Made by a program: the position numbers and the translations under genes. The notes beneath the pieces are model-generated. The model saw only the letters and a list, made by a program, of their open reading frames with translations. It ran no database searches and was not told the origin of the DNA. This document shows, in pieces, positions 1 to 10,535 of a stretch of 64,000 nt of DNA (its first letter is position 1; each line of letters opens with the position of its first letter). Source of the stretch: a candidate division FCPU426 bacterium (GTDB taxonomy: Bacteria; Oederibacteriota; Muellerivitia; Muellerivitales; Muellerivitaceae); NCBI GenBank assembly GCA_963771075.1, contig CAVYSE010000024.1, positions 32,001-96,000 on the forward strand, written 5' to 3'.

Positions 1-195
1 AAGGGAGAGCCTTTACCCGCGGCCAAGACCACGACCAACAACAATAAAAAGGATGTGCCCAGTTATTTCCTCGACCCCATCGCGGTCACCAAGGACAATA
101 TGGTCAGTTCCGTCATCGCCGACGGCTTCCAAAAGATGGAAGACGTTTATAAGGATGTCCCGAAGGATCAATGGCCCCAAAACGCGAAGCCCTAA
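1..195 (+). CDS. C-terminal end of a XylF-like sugar ABC substrate-binding protein (partial, runs off the window)
   Basis: Frame 1 reads ...NNNKKDVPSYFLDPIAVTKDNMVSSVIADGFQKMEDVY...*, clearly similar to the C-terminus of the XylF at 12819-13826 (NNGKKDVTSILIEPVEVDKANMDSTVIADGYQKKEDVY). Confidence 0.85.
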   Translation, partial: KGEPLPAAKTTTNNNKKDVPSYFLDPIAVTKDNMVSSVIADGFQKMEDVYKDVPKDQWPQNAKP

Positions 196-213
196 TCCCT
201 GGGTTTTGAATCA

Positions 214-1050
214 TTGAAGATCAAGAGGCCCAGATTGAATAAATGGTTGCGGTTCCTCTCCTTAATGGGTTGGGCTTTTATTATTTTTTGCTGCTTGGTA
301 TCGCATTCCCGCGCCGAAACCAGCTCTACCACCGTTGAATTCCTTAAAAAGCTGAATGGTTATTATTACTGCCTTTCCCGGGCGGGCCTCAGCAATTACA
401 GCTGTGATTTGACCTGTGCCTTGACCCCGAAGGCTGTAACGGAACTCACGGGGAGGAGGGCCTACGATCCGAAGGTCTGGAAGGGAGTGGAGGCTTTCAA
501 GATTTCGGTTGTCGACGTCAGCGGGGTGCCGATCTCCATACTCGGCATCACGCCTCCCTCGACGGGGGACGCCGCCCTGGACGCGAAAGTTTCCCAGTTG
601 GACAATGATGTCTTTGAGGCCGCCCAATCCTTTTTCCAGGCTTGGAAGGGGCTGGTCATGGAGCCCTTGAACGATCCATCGGACGCGAACCAGGGTAATT
701 TGAAATTCGCGCGCAGTGAGGATGGATTCCAGGTGGTCCAAACCGATCCGGCGGGCGAGATAACGGCGGGGGTTTTCGATAAAAAGGGAAAGCTCTTGGT
801 GCTGGATTCGGGAATCGGGCAGGCCAAGTCGGAGATACTGCCGAATTTCATTTATTCGGTAAAGGGCTACCTGCTTCGAAGTTTAAAGATCACGGCTCCG
901 TTGGGAAGCCTGTCTTGCGTGATCGATTATGGCGTGCAGGGCAAGTTCTGGATGCCCAAAACCTTGGACATTCAGGTCCAAACCCCGGAAATTCCCAATG
1001 CCAACATTGAATTATTCTTCAAGGTTTCCAATTACCAAATCAACCAATAA
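214..1050 (+). CDS. Hypothetical exported protein
   Basis: 278-aa ORF with a signal-peptide-like N-terminus (..SHSRA-ET); no family recognised. Confidence 0.65.
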   Translation: MKIKRPRLNKWLRFLSLMGWAFIIFCCLVSHSRAETSSTTVEFLKKLNGYYYCLSRAGLSNYSCDLTCALTPKAVTELTGRRAYDPKVWKGVEAFKISVVDVSGVPISILGITPPSTGDAALDAKVSQLDNDVFEAAQSFFQAWKGLVMEPLNDPSDANQGNLKFARSEDGFQVVQTDPAGEITAGVFDKKGKLLVLDSGIGQAKSEILPNFIYSVKGYLLRSLKITAPLGSLSCVIDYGVQGKFWMPKTLDIQVQTPEIPNANIELFFKVSNYQINQ

Positions 1051-1062
1051 GTTATCCTGCGA

Positions 1063-3012
1063 TCATCGTGAAGAGTGACCGCCGATGCTGATCAGGTTTT
1101 CTTCCTTGAACGGTGAGGCGGGTAAGCCGTTCTTCCCGTATAGGTTAAAGGCCGGGTCGTCGCCCCATGCGTAACGGACGGCCCTGGGGTCCGAAACCGA
1201 TTTGCTCCAAACCTCTACGTAATTCTTTTCGATCTTGCCCTGGGCCGGCATGAACTTTCCGTCCAGTCCCGCCAGCTCAAACCCCTTTAACTCCCCGCCT
1301 TGGGATTGCAGGTCTTCCCCCGCGTTTCGGAAAAAGACAAGAACCCTTCCGTCTTCCAACTGGGCGTGGTCATAGACCGGGCTTAATTGGGCGCCCGGAA
1401 TATGGTAGGTGTCTGCCAAGGCGCATTGGGCCAAGCGGAATCCGACCTCTTTCTTGTTCTTGGGATGGATGTCCGTTTTATCACCCAGATCCAACAACAC
1501 TGCCATGCCATTGTGGGGTTCGCCCGCCATAAGCCTTTGTTGCTCCCGCAATTCACTCCACTCACCCGGCCCCTGCCAGGAAGTGGGGTTGTAGTTGGGC
1601 AATTGCGCGAGGATAAAGGGCATATCTTCGCGGCCCCAGGCCCTGCGCCAGCCTTCGACCATTGAATTCAAGAGGTCCCGGTATTCGCCCACGTGCACCG
1701 TATTGGCTTCGCCTTGGTACCAGATGACTCCCTGGATGGGAAAGGGGGTGTAGGGATGGATCATGCCGTTGTAGAGGGCGCAAGGAATCTCGATCAAGGG
1801 TTTGGGATCGACGCCGAAGGAAAGATGGGTAAGGGCGTCGGCGGTGAAAGGTTGGGCCTTTCCCCATCCCGATTGTTTGAGGTCGGAAAAAGCGATCCGG
1901 TAATGCTTCCAGGCCTTGGAGACCGGGAAAGACTCGGGAGTGCGGTAATTGTCCCAATCGGTGACCGTGGGTTGGGAAAGAAAGAGAATATATTTTCCAT
2001 CCCCCTTCCCGTCGAACTCGATGGCGTCATAAGCCGAAAGGTCGCCCGCCTTCCCTTGAAAGGCCAAGCTGGTCGTCATGAAACCCCAGGCATCCGTCAG
2101 GAAACTTCCGGTCATGCGGGGGCCTTCGGGGCTTAACTTGACCGAAAGGGAAGAACCATCCTTCACGCTGAAACCCCATGTCCCGGGTTTCAGCGTGACT
2201 CCGGCGGTTAAGGAAACATCCTTGGCTTGGAGGCTCAAGGGTTTTTGATTGGGATCTTTTGAGACGAACTTGAGATTGCGAACGGACAAATCGACCCCGA
2301 AACGGCCCTTTTGCCATTGGTTTCGATCCGAAGCGGATAGGGCATCCCACCTTTTCCAAACCGGTTTGAGGGCGGGGTCGGCTCGTAATTCCTGCTCAGG
2401 GGTCCAGCTTTCGGCGTAGGACCCGCCCCAACTGGCGGCGATCAAACCCACCGGAACCTTCAGGGATTCGCGCAGGGTTTTCCCGAAGTAATAGGCCACG
2501 GCGGAGAAGGGACCGGCCGTGCCAGGCCCGCAGACTTTCCATTCGCCCTGCGGTTCCTCCAGGGGTTTCGGGGACATGATGGGTTTTTGAAGAAAGAGCC
2601 GCATTTGTGGGTCGGCGGATTCGGCGATGGCCTTGTCCCTGTCCTTGGATTGATCGAGGCGAAATTCCATGTTCGATTGGCCGGAACCCAGCCATACCTC
2701 GCCCACCAGGACATCCGAGATCGTCACCGAGGATGAACCTTCAATGACCAATGGGTAAGGCCCTCCGGGGGTAAAGGCGGGAAGGCTGGTTTTCCACCGG
2801 CCCTTTTTATCGGCCTGCGTCGAGGCGGATTGGCCGTTCATGGAAATGGTGATCTTTTGTCCGGGTTGGTCCTTACCCCAGACCACCGCGGGTTTTCCCG
2901 CCTGGAATACCATGTGATCCCCGATCAGGGCGGGCAATTCCATTGTGGCTTGGGCCCAATTCGCGGTAATGGCCAAAGCACCCAAAATGAAAAATGTTTT
3001 CAAGCGCCGCAT
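1063..3012 (-). CDS. Sialate O-acetylesterase-like (SASA/SGNH) carbohydrate esterase with an inserted CBM11/CIA30-like domain
   Basis: Signal peptide; GEVWLGSGQSNM, GVIWYQGEAN and DIHPKNK motifs; internal segment DLSAYDAIEF...WKHYRIAFSDLKQSGWG resembles a CBM11-like module. Confidence 0.85.
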   Translation of the reverse strand: MRRLKTFFILGALAITANWAQATMELPALIGDHMVFQAGKPAVVWGKDQPGQKITISMNGQSASTQADKKGRWKTSLPAFTPGGPYPLVIEGSSSVTISDVLVGEVWLGSGQSNMEFRLDQSKDRDKAIAESADPQMRLFLQKPIMSPKPLEEPQGEWKVCGPGTAGPFSAVAYYFGKTLRESLKVPVGLIAASWGGSYAESWTPEQELRADPALKPVWKRWDALSASDRNQWQKGRFGVDLSVRNLKFVSKDPNQKPLSLQAKDVSLTAGVTLKPGTWGFSVKDGSSLSVKLSPEGPRMTGSFLTDAWGFMTTSLAFQGKAGDLSAYDAIEFDGKGDGKYILFLSQPTVTDWDNYRTPESFPVSKAWKHYRIAFSDLKQSGWGKAQPFTADALTHLSFGVDPKPLIEIPCALYNGMIHPYTPFPIQGVIWYQGEANTVHVGEYRDLLNSMVEGWRRAWGREDMPFILAQLPNYNPTSWQGPGEWSELREQQRLMAGEPHNGMAVLLDLGDKTDIHPKNKKEVGFRLAQCALADTYHIPGAQLSPVYDHAQLEDGRVLVFFRNAGEDLQSQGGELKGFELAGLDGKFMPAQGKIEKNYVEVWSKSVSDPRAVRYAWGDDPAFNLYGKNGLPASPFKEENLISIGGHSSR

Positions 3013-3079
3013 GCGGAACCTCCAGGGTTAACTGTTTTTCAAATCATTGACCCGACGAAAGGAAGGGCAATGATCCCAT

Positions 3080-5290
3080 CTATTCAACTACCTCGACCGT
3101 ATCTTTCAGTTTTATATCCTCCGAGGAAGCGCCCACCAAAATCTCGACCTTGCCGGGCTCCACTTTCCAGGTTCCTTGGAAAACTCCGCCCTTCTCCTCG
3201 GCCCAATAGGCCAGGTCCGATCCCCGCAAAACGAATTGGACGGTTTGGTTCTCACCCGCGTTCAGGGTCACCCGCTTGAAGTTCCTCAATTGCTTCAGGG
3301 GCCTTTCCACCTTCGGATCCAAATACCTCACATAGAGCTGAACCACCTCGTCGCCTTCGCGCTGGCCTTGGTTGGATAGATCAAAGCTCAGGGTTACAGA
3401 ACCGTCCGACTTCAACTTAGGCGCGTCCACTTGAAGGTTGGCAAACCTAAAGTCCGTGTAGCTCAATCCGTACCCGAAGGGAAAGAGCGGTTTTTGCTTG
3501 AAATACATGTAGGTTCGGCCATGACGGATGTCGTAATCCATCATGGGGGGCAATTGGGCCATGGATTGGGGCCAGGTTTGGGTCAGCTTGCCCCCGGGGT
3601 TGAAATCACCGAAAAGGGCTCCCGCCAAGGCGGTGCCGGATTCCTGCCCGCTATGCGTCATGTGAAGGATGGCGGGAACATGGTTCACCGTCCAATCCAT
3701 GGTCGTGGGGAAGGAACAGATCAGGACCACGACCGTGCGGGGGTTCGCGGCCAAGACGGCTTGAACCAAGTCCTCGTGGCGCAATTCCATGCTGTCCCGG
3801 TCCAGTCCCTCCTTGCCTTCGGCTACCGAGTCCCGCTGGGCCCAGCCCCCGTTGCCCAGGGGATGGTTGCCCACGCAAACGATCGCCGCGTCGCAGGATC
3901 GGGCCAGCTTTTCCGCGGCCCCCTCTTTATCGTCCCGGGCAAATTCCACCCGGATGCCGGGTCCCAGGCGCTTTCGAATGCCTTCCAGGGGGGAAACGGT
4001 GTAAGGCGGGTCGCCCCCGTACCAATCGGCGATTACCTTGTCGGCATAGGGGCCAATGACCGCGATCGAATGGATGGTTTGGGGGTCGAGAGGCAGCAGG
4101 TTCTTGTCGTTTTTCAGCAAGACCACCGACTCTTGGGCCGCCTTCAGGGCCAAGGCCTTATGTTCCGGGCTTTCCCAGGGGTCCACCGTTCCAACCTTCT
4201 TGTAGGGCACCCTCTCCGGGGGGTCCAACTGGCCCAGGCGAATCATCACTCGGAATACCCCCCGCAACCTTTCATCCATCCGCGCTTCGGTCAAAAGGCC
4301 CTTGTGGATCGCCTCCCTCACCGGGCGGTCATACTTATCCAGGAACTGGTTGATGCCCGCCTTGACCGAATCGGCGGCGGCCGCGTCGATGTCCGTGTAG
4401 GTTTTATGCTCGTTCACCAGGTTGTGAAGGCCCCCGCCGTCGGTGCAGATGATGCTGTCGTGTTTCCACCCGTCGATGACCACCTTCCGGACAAAGGGAT
4501 TCACCTCGCATGGCACTCCGTTGACCGCGTTGTAGGCGGTCATCATGCCCTGTGCGTTGCCCTCCTGCATGGCCATGCGGAAGGGAACGGAGTAATACTC
4601 GCGGAAAAGTCGAGCATCGTAATTGGAAGAGGTATGGCCCCGGCCGTCCTCGTTGGAGTTGGATAGAAAATGCTTCAACAGGGAAGCGCATCGCAGGTAA
4701 TGGGGGTCGTCGCCCTGTAAGCCGCGGGTCATGGCGGTGGCCAGGGTGCCATTGAAGAAGGGGTCTTCGCCGAAGCATTCCTCGGTGCGGCCCCAGCGCG
4801 GGTCGCGACCCAGGTCGGCGTTAGGCGCCCGTACCACTAGGCCGCCCCGGCGGTACTTGGGGCTCTCCCATATATAACGCACTTCCGTCCCCTCGGCGGC
4901 GCCCACCTGGCGAACCAGTTCCGGGTCCCATGTCTCCCCTAGCCCATAGGCTTGGGGAAATTGGGTGGTCGATACCGGCATGCCCTCGCCCCACCCCCCC
5001 ACATCCCCCAGGGCCAGGCCGTGCAGGCCCTCTACTTGGCCCGTGCCCTGAACCCCCAAACGGGGAACGTCCGGCACGGTGCTTAGGCAGTGGATCTTTT
5101 CCTCGGTGGACATGAGCGAAAGAAGGTTGGTGATCCTTTTCTCGATATCCAGGTCAGGGTTTTGGAAGGGGTACATGTAGCCTTTGCCTTTCGCGCCTAT
5201 GGAAAGAAAAAAGATGCATAGGAAAGTGAGGCGAAGAAAAAGGGGGAAAAGGCCTGGGCCCTTTCCCCCGGGGTTGGAAGATTGACGCAT
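3080..5290 (-). CDS. GH3 beta-glucosidase/beta-xylosidase with a C-terminal FnIII-like domain
   Basis: RDPRWGRTEECFGEDP, LKHF, ICTDG, LLKND, PLFPFGYGLSYT and GDEVVQLY motifs. Confidence 0.93.
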   Translation of the reverse strand: MRQSSNPGGKGPGLFPLFLRLTFLCIFFLSIGAKGKGYMYPFQNPDLDIEKRITNLLSLMSTEEKIHCLSTVPDVPRLGVQGTGQVEGLHGLALGDVGGWGEGMPVSTTQFPQAYGLGETWDPELVRQVGAAEGTEVRYIWESPKYRRGGLVVRAPNADLGRDPRWGRTEECFGEDPFFNGTLATAMTRGLQGDDPHYLRCASLLKHFLSNSNEDGRGHTSSNYDARLFREYYSVPFRMAMQEGNAQGMMTAYNAVNGVPCEVNPFVRKVVIDGWKHDSIICTDGGGLHNLVNEHKTYTDIDAAAADSVKAGINQFLDKYDRPVREAIHKGLLTEARMDERLRGVFRVMIRLGQLDPPERVPYKKVGTVDPWESPEHKALALKAAQESVVLLKNDKNLLPLDPQTIHSIAVIGPYADKVIADWYGGDPPYTVSPLEGIRKRLGPGIRVEFARDDKEGAAEKLARSCDAAIVCVGNHPLGNGGWAQRDSVAEGKEGLDRDSMELRHEDLVQAVLAANPRTVVVLICSFPTTMDWTVNHVPAILHMTHSGQESGTALAGALFGDFNPGGKLTQTWPQSMAQLPPMMDYDIRHGRTYMYFKQKPLFPFGYGLSYTDFRFANLQVDAPKLKSDGSVTLSFDLSNQGQREGDEVVQLYVRYLDPKVERPLKQLRNFKRVTLNAGENQTVQFVLRGSDLAYWAEEKGGVFQGTWKVEPGKVEILVGASSEDIKLKDTVEVVE

Positions 5291-5300
5291 AGACCGCGCT

Positions 5301-7677
5301 TTAAAGAATGTATTTCACTTTAGGGGTCGCCCCCTTCACCACTTCCCAGCCGCTGCCGCGCCGGGCCATGACCACTTCCCTTGGTTTCGGGTCGTTTGGC
5401 AAGGCCATCAAGCCCTTGGCTTCCACGGCCTGGCCATAGGTTTTTAGTTCGATCTTGGACCAGTCGATGAATTGGGTCGATTGGGCCAGGGCGACATGGG
5501 GGATTACCGACCCGCCCTTGACCAGGATGACGCAGGGGATTTTCCCGGCCTGGATGGGGTGCCACTGGCCCCCCTTATAGGAAACGCCGGTTTGATAATC
5601 CACCCAGGTTCCGGGGGGCAGATATACATCCCGTTCCATTACCTGTTCCATCAGGGGCGCCACAAGGATATCCGACCCGAAAAGGTACTCATCCTCGATC
5701 AGCCAGCTGGTGTGGTCCTCGGGAAACTCGAAGAAGAGCGTTCGAAGCATGGGGAAGCCCTTGATGCTGCTATCCAAGGCCTGGGCGTAAACATAGGGCA
5801 TGAGCTTGTATTTCAATTCCACCGACAGGCGGAATTCATCCTCGAACTTCTTGCCGTAAACCCATGGTTCGCGGGGGAACATGCCGTGACAGCGGGTGTG
5901 GGAGGTCAAACAGCCAAAGGGGGTCCAACGGCGGTACAGTTGCTCCGAAGGGCCCTTCACGAAGCCCCCGATATCGTGGCTCCAGAAGCTGAATCCGCTT
6001 AACCCGAACGAAAGCCCGCCCCTCAAGGTGCTGGCCATCCCGCCGAAGCTGTCCTCGGCGTCACCGCCCCAATGCAGGGGGTAACGCTGGCGACCCTGCC
6101 CAGGCGCTGCGGGCCCAGATGATGTTCTCACCCGTGACTTCCCGGGAAATATCCGCCGCGGCCTTGTTGTAGCGCAGGGGGTATAGGTTGTGCTCTGCAA
6201 AACCCGTCTTGCCCGAGTGGTAGACGCCCTTCAGGGGCGCGCCCTCGCCGAAATCCACCTTGATGGCGCCTACGCCCATCTTGAGCAATCCCGCCAGGTT
6301 CTTCTGGTACCACTTCACGGTCTTGGGGTTGCTGAAATCCAAGGTGGCTTCCTCGGTGGGGAGCCCGCCCTTGCCGTCGGTGACCGCCAGGCCCTGGTCC
6401 AAAATCTCGGGGAAGAGGCGGTTCTTGGGGTTGAAGTAGGACAATTGCCAAAGGCTGATCTTGAAACCCTGCTTGGCCAGATCCTTGATCATCTTGAGCG
6501 GGTTCTTGAACCGGGTCGTGGAAAATTTGTAGTCACAGCGCCAGTCTTCCTCGAACCAGCCCGTATCCAGGTGCACCACGTCGGAAGGAATCTTGTCCGC
6601 ACGCAGTTTCTTCGCCACGTCCCGGGCTTCCTTTTCGCTCTTGTAGGTGCATTTGCTCATCCAAAGGCCGAAAGACCAGAGGGGAGGCATGGGGCTTCGG
6701 CCGGTCAGATTTGTATATTCGGAAAGCACTTCTTTCGGGCCGCCCAGGAAGATGAAAAGGTCCAGGTCCTCGTCGCCGGTGAAGAGGGTGGTGGTTTCGC
6801 CGTAGGCGTGGCCGAAATCGAAGGTGGCGGGCGCGGTGGTGTGCAGGAACATGCCGTATCCACGGTCACTCATGAAGAAGGGCACGGGTTTGTACATGCC
6901 GTCGTGCTGAACCCCATGGCAGTCGTAGGACCAAAGCACTACCTTCTGGCCCCGCTTGTTGAGGCGGGTGAAGGATTCGCCGCAACCGTAGATCTTCTCG
7001 CCGTTGGCCAGGCTGAAGGTGGCCGCGAATTTGCGGGTGAGCTCGGGCGTGGGGCGGATGAAGCAGAAGGGCAGGGGATCGGTATTGCGTAGGCTCTCAT
7101 TGTCTTTCAAGTGAATGGTTTTGGTGAGGAGTTTTCCCGCGGAATCACGTACTTCGATCGCCCAGGGGTTTTCCACGATGGTGACCGAACCGCATTTACT
7201 CTTATAGGTTATCTGCCTATTGGCGGTTTTACCTGAATCCTGACTTTTGCTTTTCTCTGTGCCTCTGTGTCTCTGTGGTGAGAATAGGTTGTTTGTGATG
7301 ACTTTCCATGGTTTTGTGGCCTTGGGTTCGCTTTTGAGCATTAGCGAGGGTTCGGGTTTCCTGGGGTATTTGCGGCCCCGCATGCGCAGGCGCAGGGTGC
7401 GGTCGCCGTAGAAGGTGATGGAGAAGGGAAAGGGGTCCTTTTCGCCGCCGTATTCGGCGGGGAATTCCCAAGGTGGGTTGGTGATCAGGTTGATCCCCTC
7501 TTGATTGAAGGCCATGCGCACCTTGTAGGCGTACCGGCCGAAGATAATATCCCCCTCTGCCTTGGCGGCGTTGAACCGGTTCAATTTCTCCGGTAAAAAA
7601 ACGGTGTTTTCCAGGTTGGAAAACTCCTTACTGACGTCCACCGGATGGTTCAACAGGTTGTAAGGATGTTCTTTCAT
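5301..7677 (-). CDS. GH31 alpha-xylosidase (YicI-like), split by a single-base frameshift at ~6090
   Basis: YKPVPFFMS, HLDTGW, IKVDFGE, WSHDIGGF and REPW motifs. Removing one extra base at 6089-6090 restores WARSAWAGSQRYPLHWGGD, joining ORFs 6061-7677 and 5301-6200. Confidence 0.88.
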
Positions 7678-7834
7678 AACTGCTCCTTAAAAGTTATACA
7701 GCACGTCGAACTTCTAGACTCATCGCTAAGGCGCAAAGAGTCTAAGAACAACAAAATTTGATTTGGAAAGTTTTAACCCTAATTTTGGTTTTGCCTTCCT
7801 TCGTGTCTTTGCGTCTTCGCGATAATTCTTGAAG

Positions 7835-8920
7835 TTATCCTTTTTTTCTTCCCATCATGTCCAGCGCGACGGCAGTAATGAGGATACTTCCTTTAATTAT
7901 CGGTTGCCAGAAAGATTCAGTGTTCATCAGGCTCATGCCATTATCAATCGAAGCCATCATGAGCGCGCCCAAAAGCGCCCCCCAAACCGTGCCCCGTCCC
8001 CCCATCAGGGAAGTCCCGCCGATAACCGTGGCGGCAATGGCGTCCAGTTCCATCATGCGGCCCGCGTCCGAAGTGGCCGCCCCCACGCGCGCGGTTAAAA
8101 CGATTCCCGCCACGCCGCAGAGGGCGCCCATAAGAGTAAAAACCGCGACCAGATGTTTTTTAATGTTGATTCCTGAATAAAAGGCCGCTTCCCGGTTGCC
8201 CCCGATGGCGTAAAGGTGGCGCCCAAAGGGCGTTTGGGACGCCACGATGGAAAAGATCGCGGCCAAAACCAACATGATCAAGACTGGCACCGGCACCCCG
8301 TCATAGGCGCTCAAGATCATGGTAACTCCGAGGGCGAGGGCGGAAAGAAGTAGGGATTTCCAGCGGTTCGAACGGGCCTTGAACCCCTGGTAACAAAGAA
8401 TAAGGACTAAGATTCCGGCCAGCACCCAGCCGAGTGGTTTTGATAAGAAGGCTTGGCCCACGAAGAGGTAATCCGGGGTGGGGCTGATGGCGACACCCCC
8501 GGTCAGACCCAAAAGACTGCCCTGGTAAATCAGCATGCCACCCAGCGTGACGATGAAAGAGGGCATCTTGAACCAGGTCACGATATGGCCCTGAAGGTGG
8601 CCCAACAGGGCCCCCGCGCAAATCGTGGTGAGAAAAACTGTCCAGAGGGGCCAACTATGGTTGACAAAAAGAATGGCGGATAGGGCCCCTAAAAAGCCAG
8701 TCATGGCCCCGACAGACAGGTCGATCTCCGCGCAGACGATGACCAGCACCATGCCGATGGCCAGGATGGAGGTGCAGGACATCTGCCGCAGGAGCAGGGA
8801 AAGGTTCCTAGGCGTAACGAAAGTTCCGCCGGTTGTGGCGGTGAAGATGATCCAGATTAGGAGAAGCGCACCCAATAGGGTGAGCGCTCGCCAGGGGATG
8901 TTGGTTTTCAAGTCTTTCAT
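7835..8920 (-). CDS. xylH: D-xylose/sugar ABC transporter permease
   Basis: EIDLSVG, PSFIVTLGG, GRHLYAIGGN and ELDAIAATVIGGTSLMGG motifs; in the same cluster as xylF and xylG. Confidence 0.88.
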   Translation of the reverse strand: MKDLKTNIPWRALTLLGALLLIWIIFTATTGGTFVTPRNLSLLLRQMSCTSILAIGMVLVIVCAEIDLSVGAMTGFLGALSAILFVNHSWPLWTVFLTTICAGALLGHLQGHIVTWFKMPSFIVTLGGMLIYQGSLLGLTGGVAISPTPDYLFVGQAFLSKPLGWVLAGILVLILCYQGFKARSNRWKSLLLSALALGVTMILSAYDGVPVPVLIMLVLAAIFSIVASQTPFGRHLYAIGGNREAAFYSGINIKKHLVAVFTLMGALCGVAGIVLTARVGAATSDAGRMMELDAIAATVIGGTSLMGGRGTVWGALLGALMMASIDNGMSLMNTESFWQPIIKGSILITAVALDMMGRKKG

Positions 8921-9516
8921 TTTTTATCTCTTCTTTCAAAAAGTCTTTTAAGCAAGATTTTGGTTTTGGGGTTTTCCCTCATAAACCGATTGAAATAGGT
9001 TGAATATTTATCGAAGAGTTGAACTTTGAGGATTTCTTTGTAAGACAATTTGTAATTTTTCTCCCATTTGCCTGTGGCATCGTAAGCAAATATATGAAAA
9101 TAGTTCTTCTCCACACTAGTAATCGGTCCGATGTAAAGAGCGTTAATTTTTTTGAATTGAATTTCCACTACAGGCCATAGTTTCCGTCCGTAACATTCAC
9201 TTATTAGTTGTTGGACATCTTTTACTTTCTTTAGCCAAGACGGATGATTTCTTTTTTTAAATAATTTGAAACGAGAAAATATTTGAGCTAATGTTTTTTC
9301 AAATCCACCGTATCTTAAAAACTTTATTTGATGTGTGGGGAGAGCAACAACACCGTCGAAAACAAAATCATTGTCTACTTCAAGAAGGATCAAATCTCTT
9401 TGATAAGAGAGCATAATTCCATGATATTTATCGCCATCGTGGTGATGGGTAAAAAGGCAAACCGGTTTTTTAAGTTGACATAATTTTTTACATTTTTCAG
9501 TATTTAAACGAGCCAT
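8917..9516 (-). CDS. Hypothetical protein, AT-rich
   Basis: 199-aa ORF with an RBS (GGAAGG); overlaps the xylH start by 4 nt; much lower GC than its neighbours. Confidence 0.7.
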   Translation of the reverse strand: MARLNTEKCKKLCQLKKPVCLFTHHHDGDKYHGIMLSYQRDLILLEVDNDFVFDGVVALPTHQIKFLRYGGFEKTLAQIFSRFKLFKKRNHPSWLKKVKDVQQLISECYGRKLWPVVEIQFKKINALYIGPITSVEKNYFHIFAYDATGKWEKNYKLSYKEILKVQLFDKYSTYFNRFMRENPKTKILLKRLFERRDKK

Positions 9517-9538
9517 ATGTATTTTACCTTCCTCTCCC

Positions 9539-9678
9539 TCAAGCAGAGTTCAATGCAGCCGCAGCTAACAATTTTTCCGGTGTCGCATCCTGGTAGCCAA
9601 ACTCGGCCGTTATGCGGCGCTGGTTAAGAACAATCATTCGACCGCATCCCTGCCAAAAGCAAAGGGACTTGGAAACAC
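9539..9678 (-). pseudogene. Diverged duplicate of the xylG 3' end
   Basis: Minus strand reads CGRMIVLNQRRITAEFGYQDATPEKLLAAAALNSA*, against the xylG end CHRMIVLNQGRMTAEFGYQDATPEKILEAAALS*. Confidence 0.85.
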
Positions 9679-9820
9679 GTCATTTTAAGATAGTGAGGTC
9701 ATTTTTCGTGGTATATCTTCCAAATGGAAATCCTGAGAATATCTGAAGTTAATACGCCCTTCTTAATTGGCCAGGGATATCATGAGGAACGTTTTGGAAA
9801 ATCCTTGAAAGGTCTGAGTC

Positions 9821-10165
9821 ATGAAACCAAATAATAAGAAAAGTCCCCGTGGCAAGCAAATTTTTGGGTTGCATTTGGAACACATCAAGGAAACCCACCC
9901 GCATCTGTACCGCGCCGTGAAAAACCCGACCCCCAAGGCCCGACTAGGCGCGAACGTCACGACTCTCCGGCTCAAGAAGGGAATGACGCGGGAACAACTG
10001 GCGGCCAAGGTGAAAATCGGGCATCACGCCCTGCGGAAGATCGAGGAATCCCACCCTTCCTCCAACCCCAGGTTGCACGTTATCGAACGGTTGGCCAAGG
10101 TCTTGAAGGTGGATGTTCTTGACCTCTACCGCTTCATTAACCTGGCCGAATCCGTCGTGCGTTGA
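9821..10165 (+). CDS. XRE-family helix-turn-helix regulator
   Basis: LGANVTTLRLKKGMTREQLAAKV...KIEES...PRLHVIERLAKVLKV is an HTH_3 pattern. Confidence 0.8.
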   Translation: MKPNNKKSPRGKQIFGLHLEHIKETHPHLYRAVKNPTPKARLGANVTTLRLKKGMTREQLAAKVKIGHHALRKIEESHPSSNPRLHVIERLAKVLKVDVLDLYRFINLAESVVR

Positions 10166-10272
10166 GGGGGTGAAGAGGGGCTTGATTTGTCAAATGATGA
10201 TATATTTCGACAAAATTTGTTGAGTAAAAATTAGCGTGACAATAAAAGAGCGAGAATTGGACGCGAGATGGG

Positions 10273-10474
10273 TTGAATTGGCCGACAGTCGGCCAATTCA
10301 AATAAGGGTTTTGGGCTTTTTATTGTGCAACCGATTGTGCCAGTTCAAATGCCGACCGAATTGTCAGCGACGCTAACAATTAAGATAAGGGAATTTGGCA
10401 TTTTTTTAGATTGGGCCAAATCAGGGTTGGCTCGACCTACCGATGGGACCTAAACTCGCCACGGCGTGGCGAGT
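10273..10474. repeat. Palindrome cluster with an ATTGTGCCA-family motif
   Basis: Perfect 14-bp inverted repeat (IR) TTGAATTGGCCGAC-A-GTCGGCCAATTCAA (10273-10301); ATTGTGCAACCGATTGTGCCA (10322-10342); AATTGTCAGCG-A-CGCTAACAATT; ACTCGCCACG-G-CGTGGCGAGT. Confidence 0.8.
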
Positions 10475-10535
10475 GACAATAGAGCCTGGCAAATTTAAAG
10501 GTCGGAAATTATGAATGAGGTGGGTTCTTTGGCGG

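Noticed and set aside
6085..6095. Programmed frameshift in GH31
   Set aside because: No slippery sequence; a single extra base, like the other likely errors.
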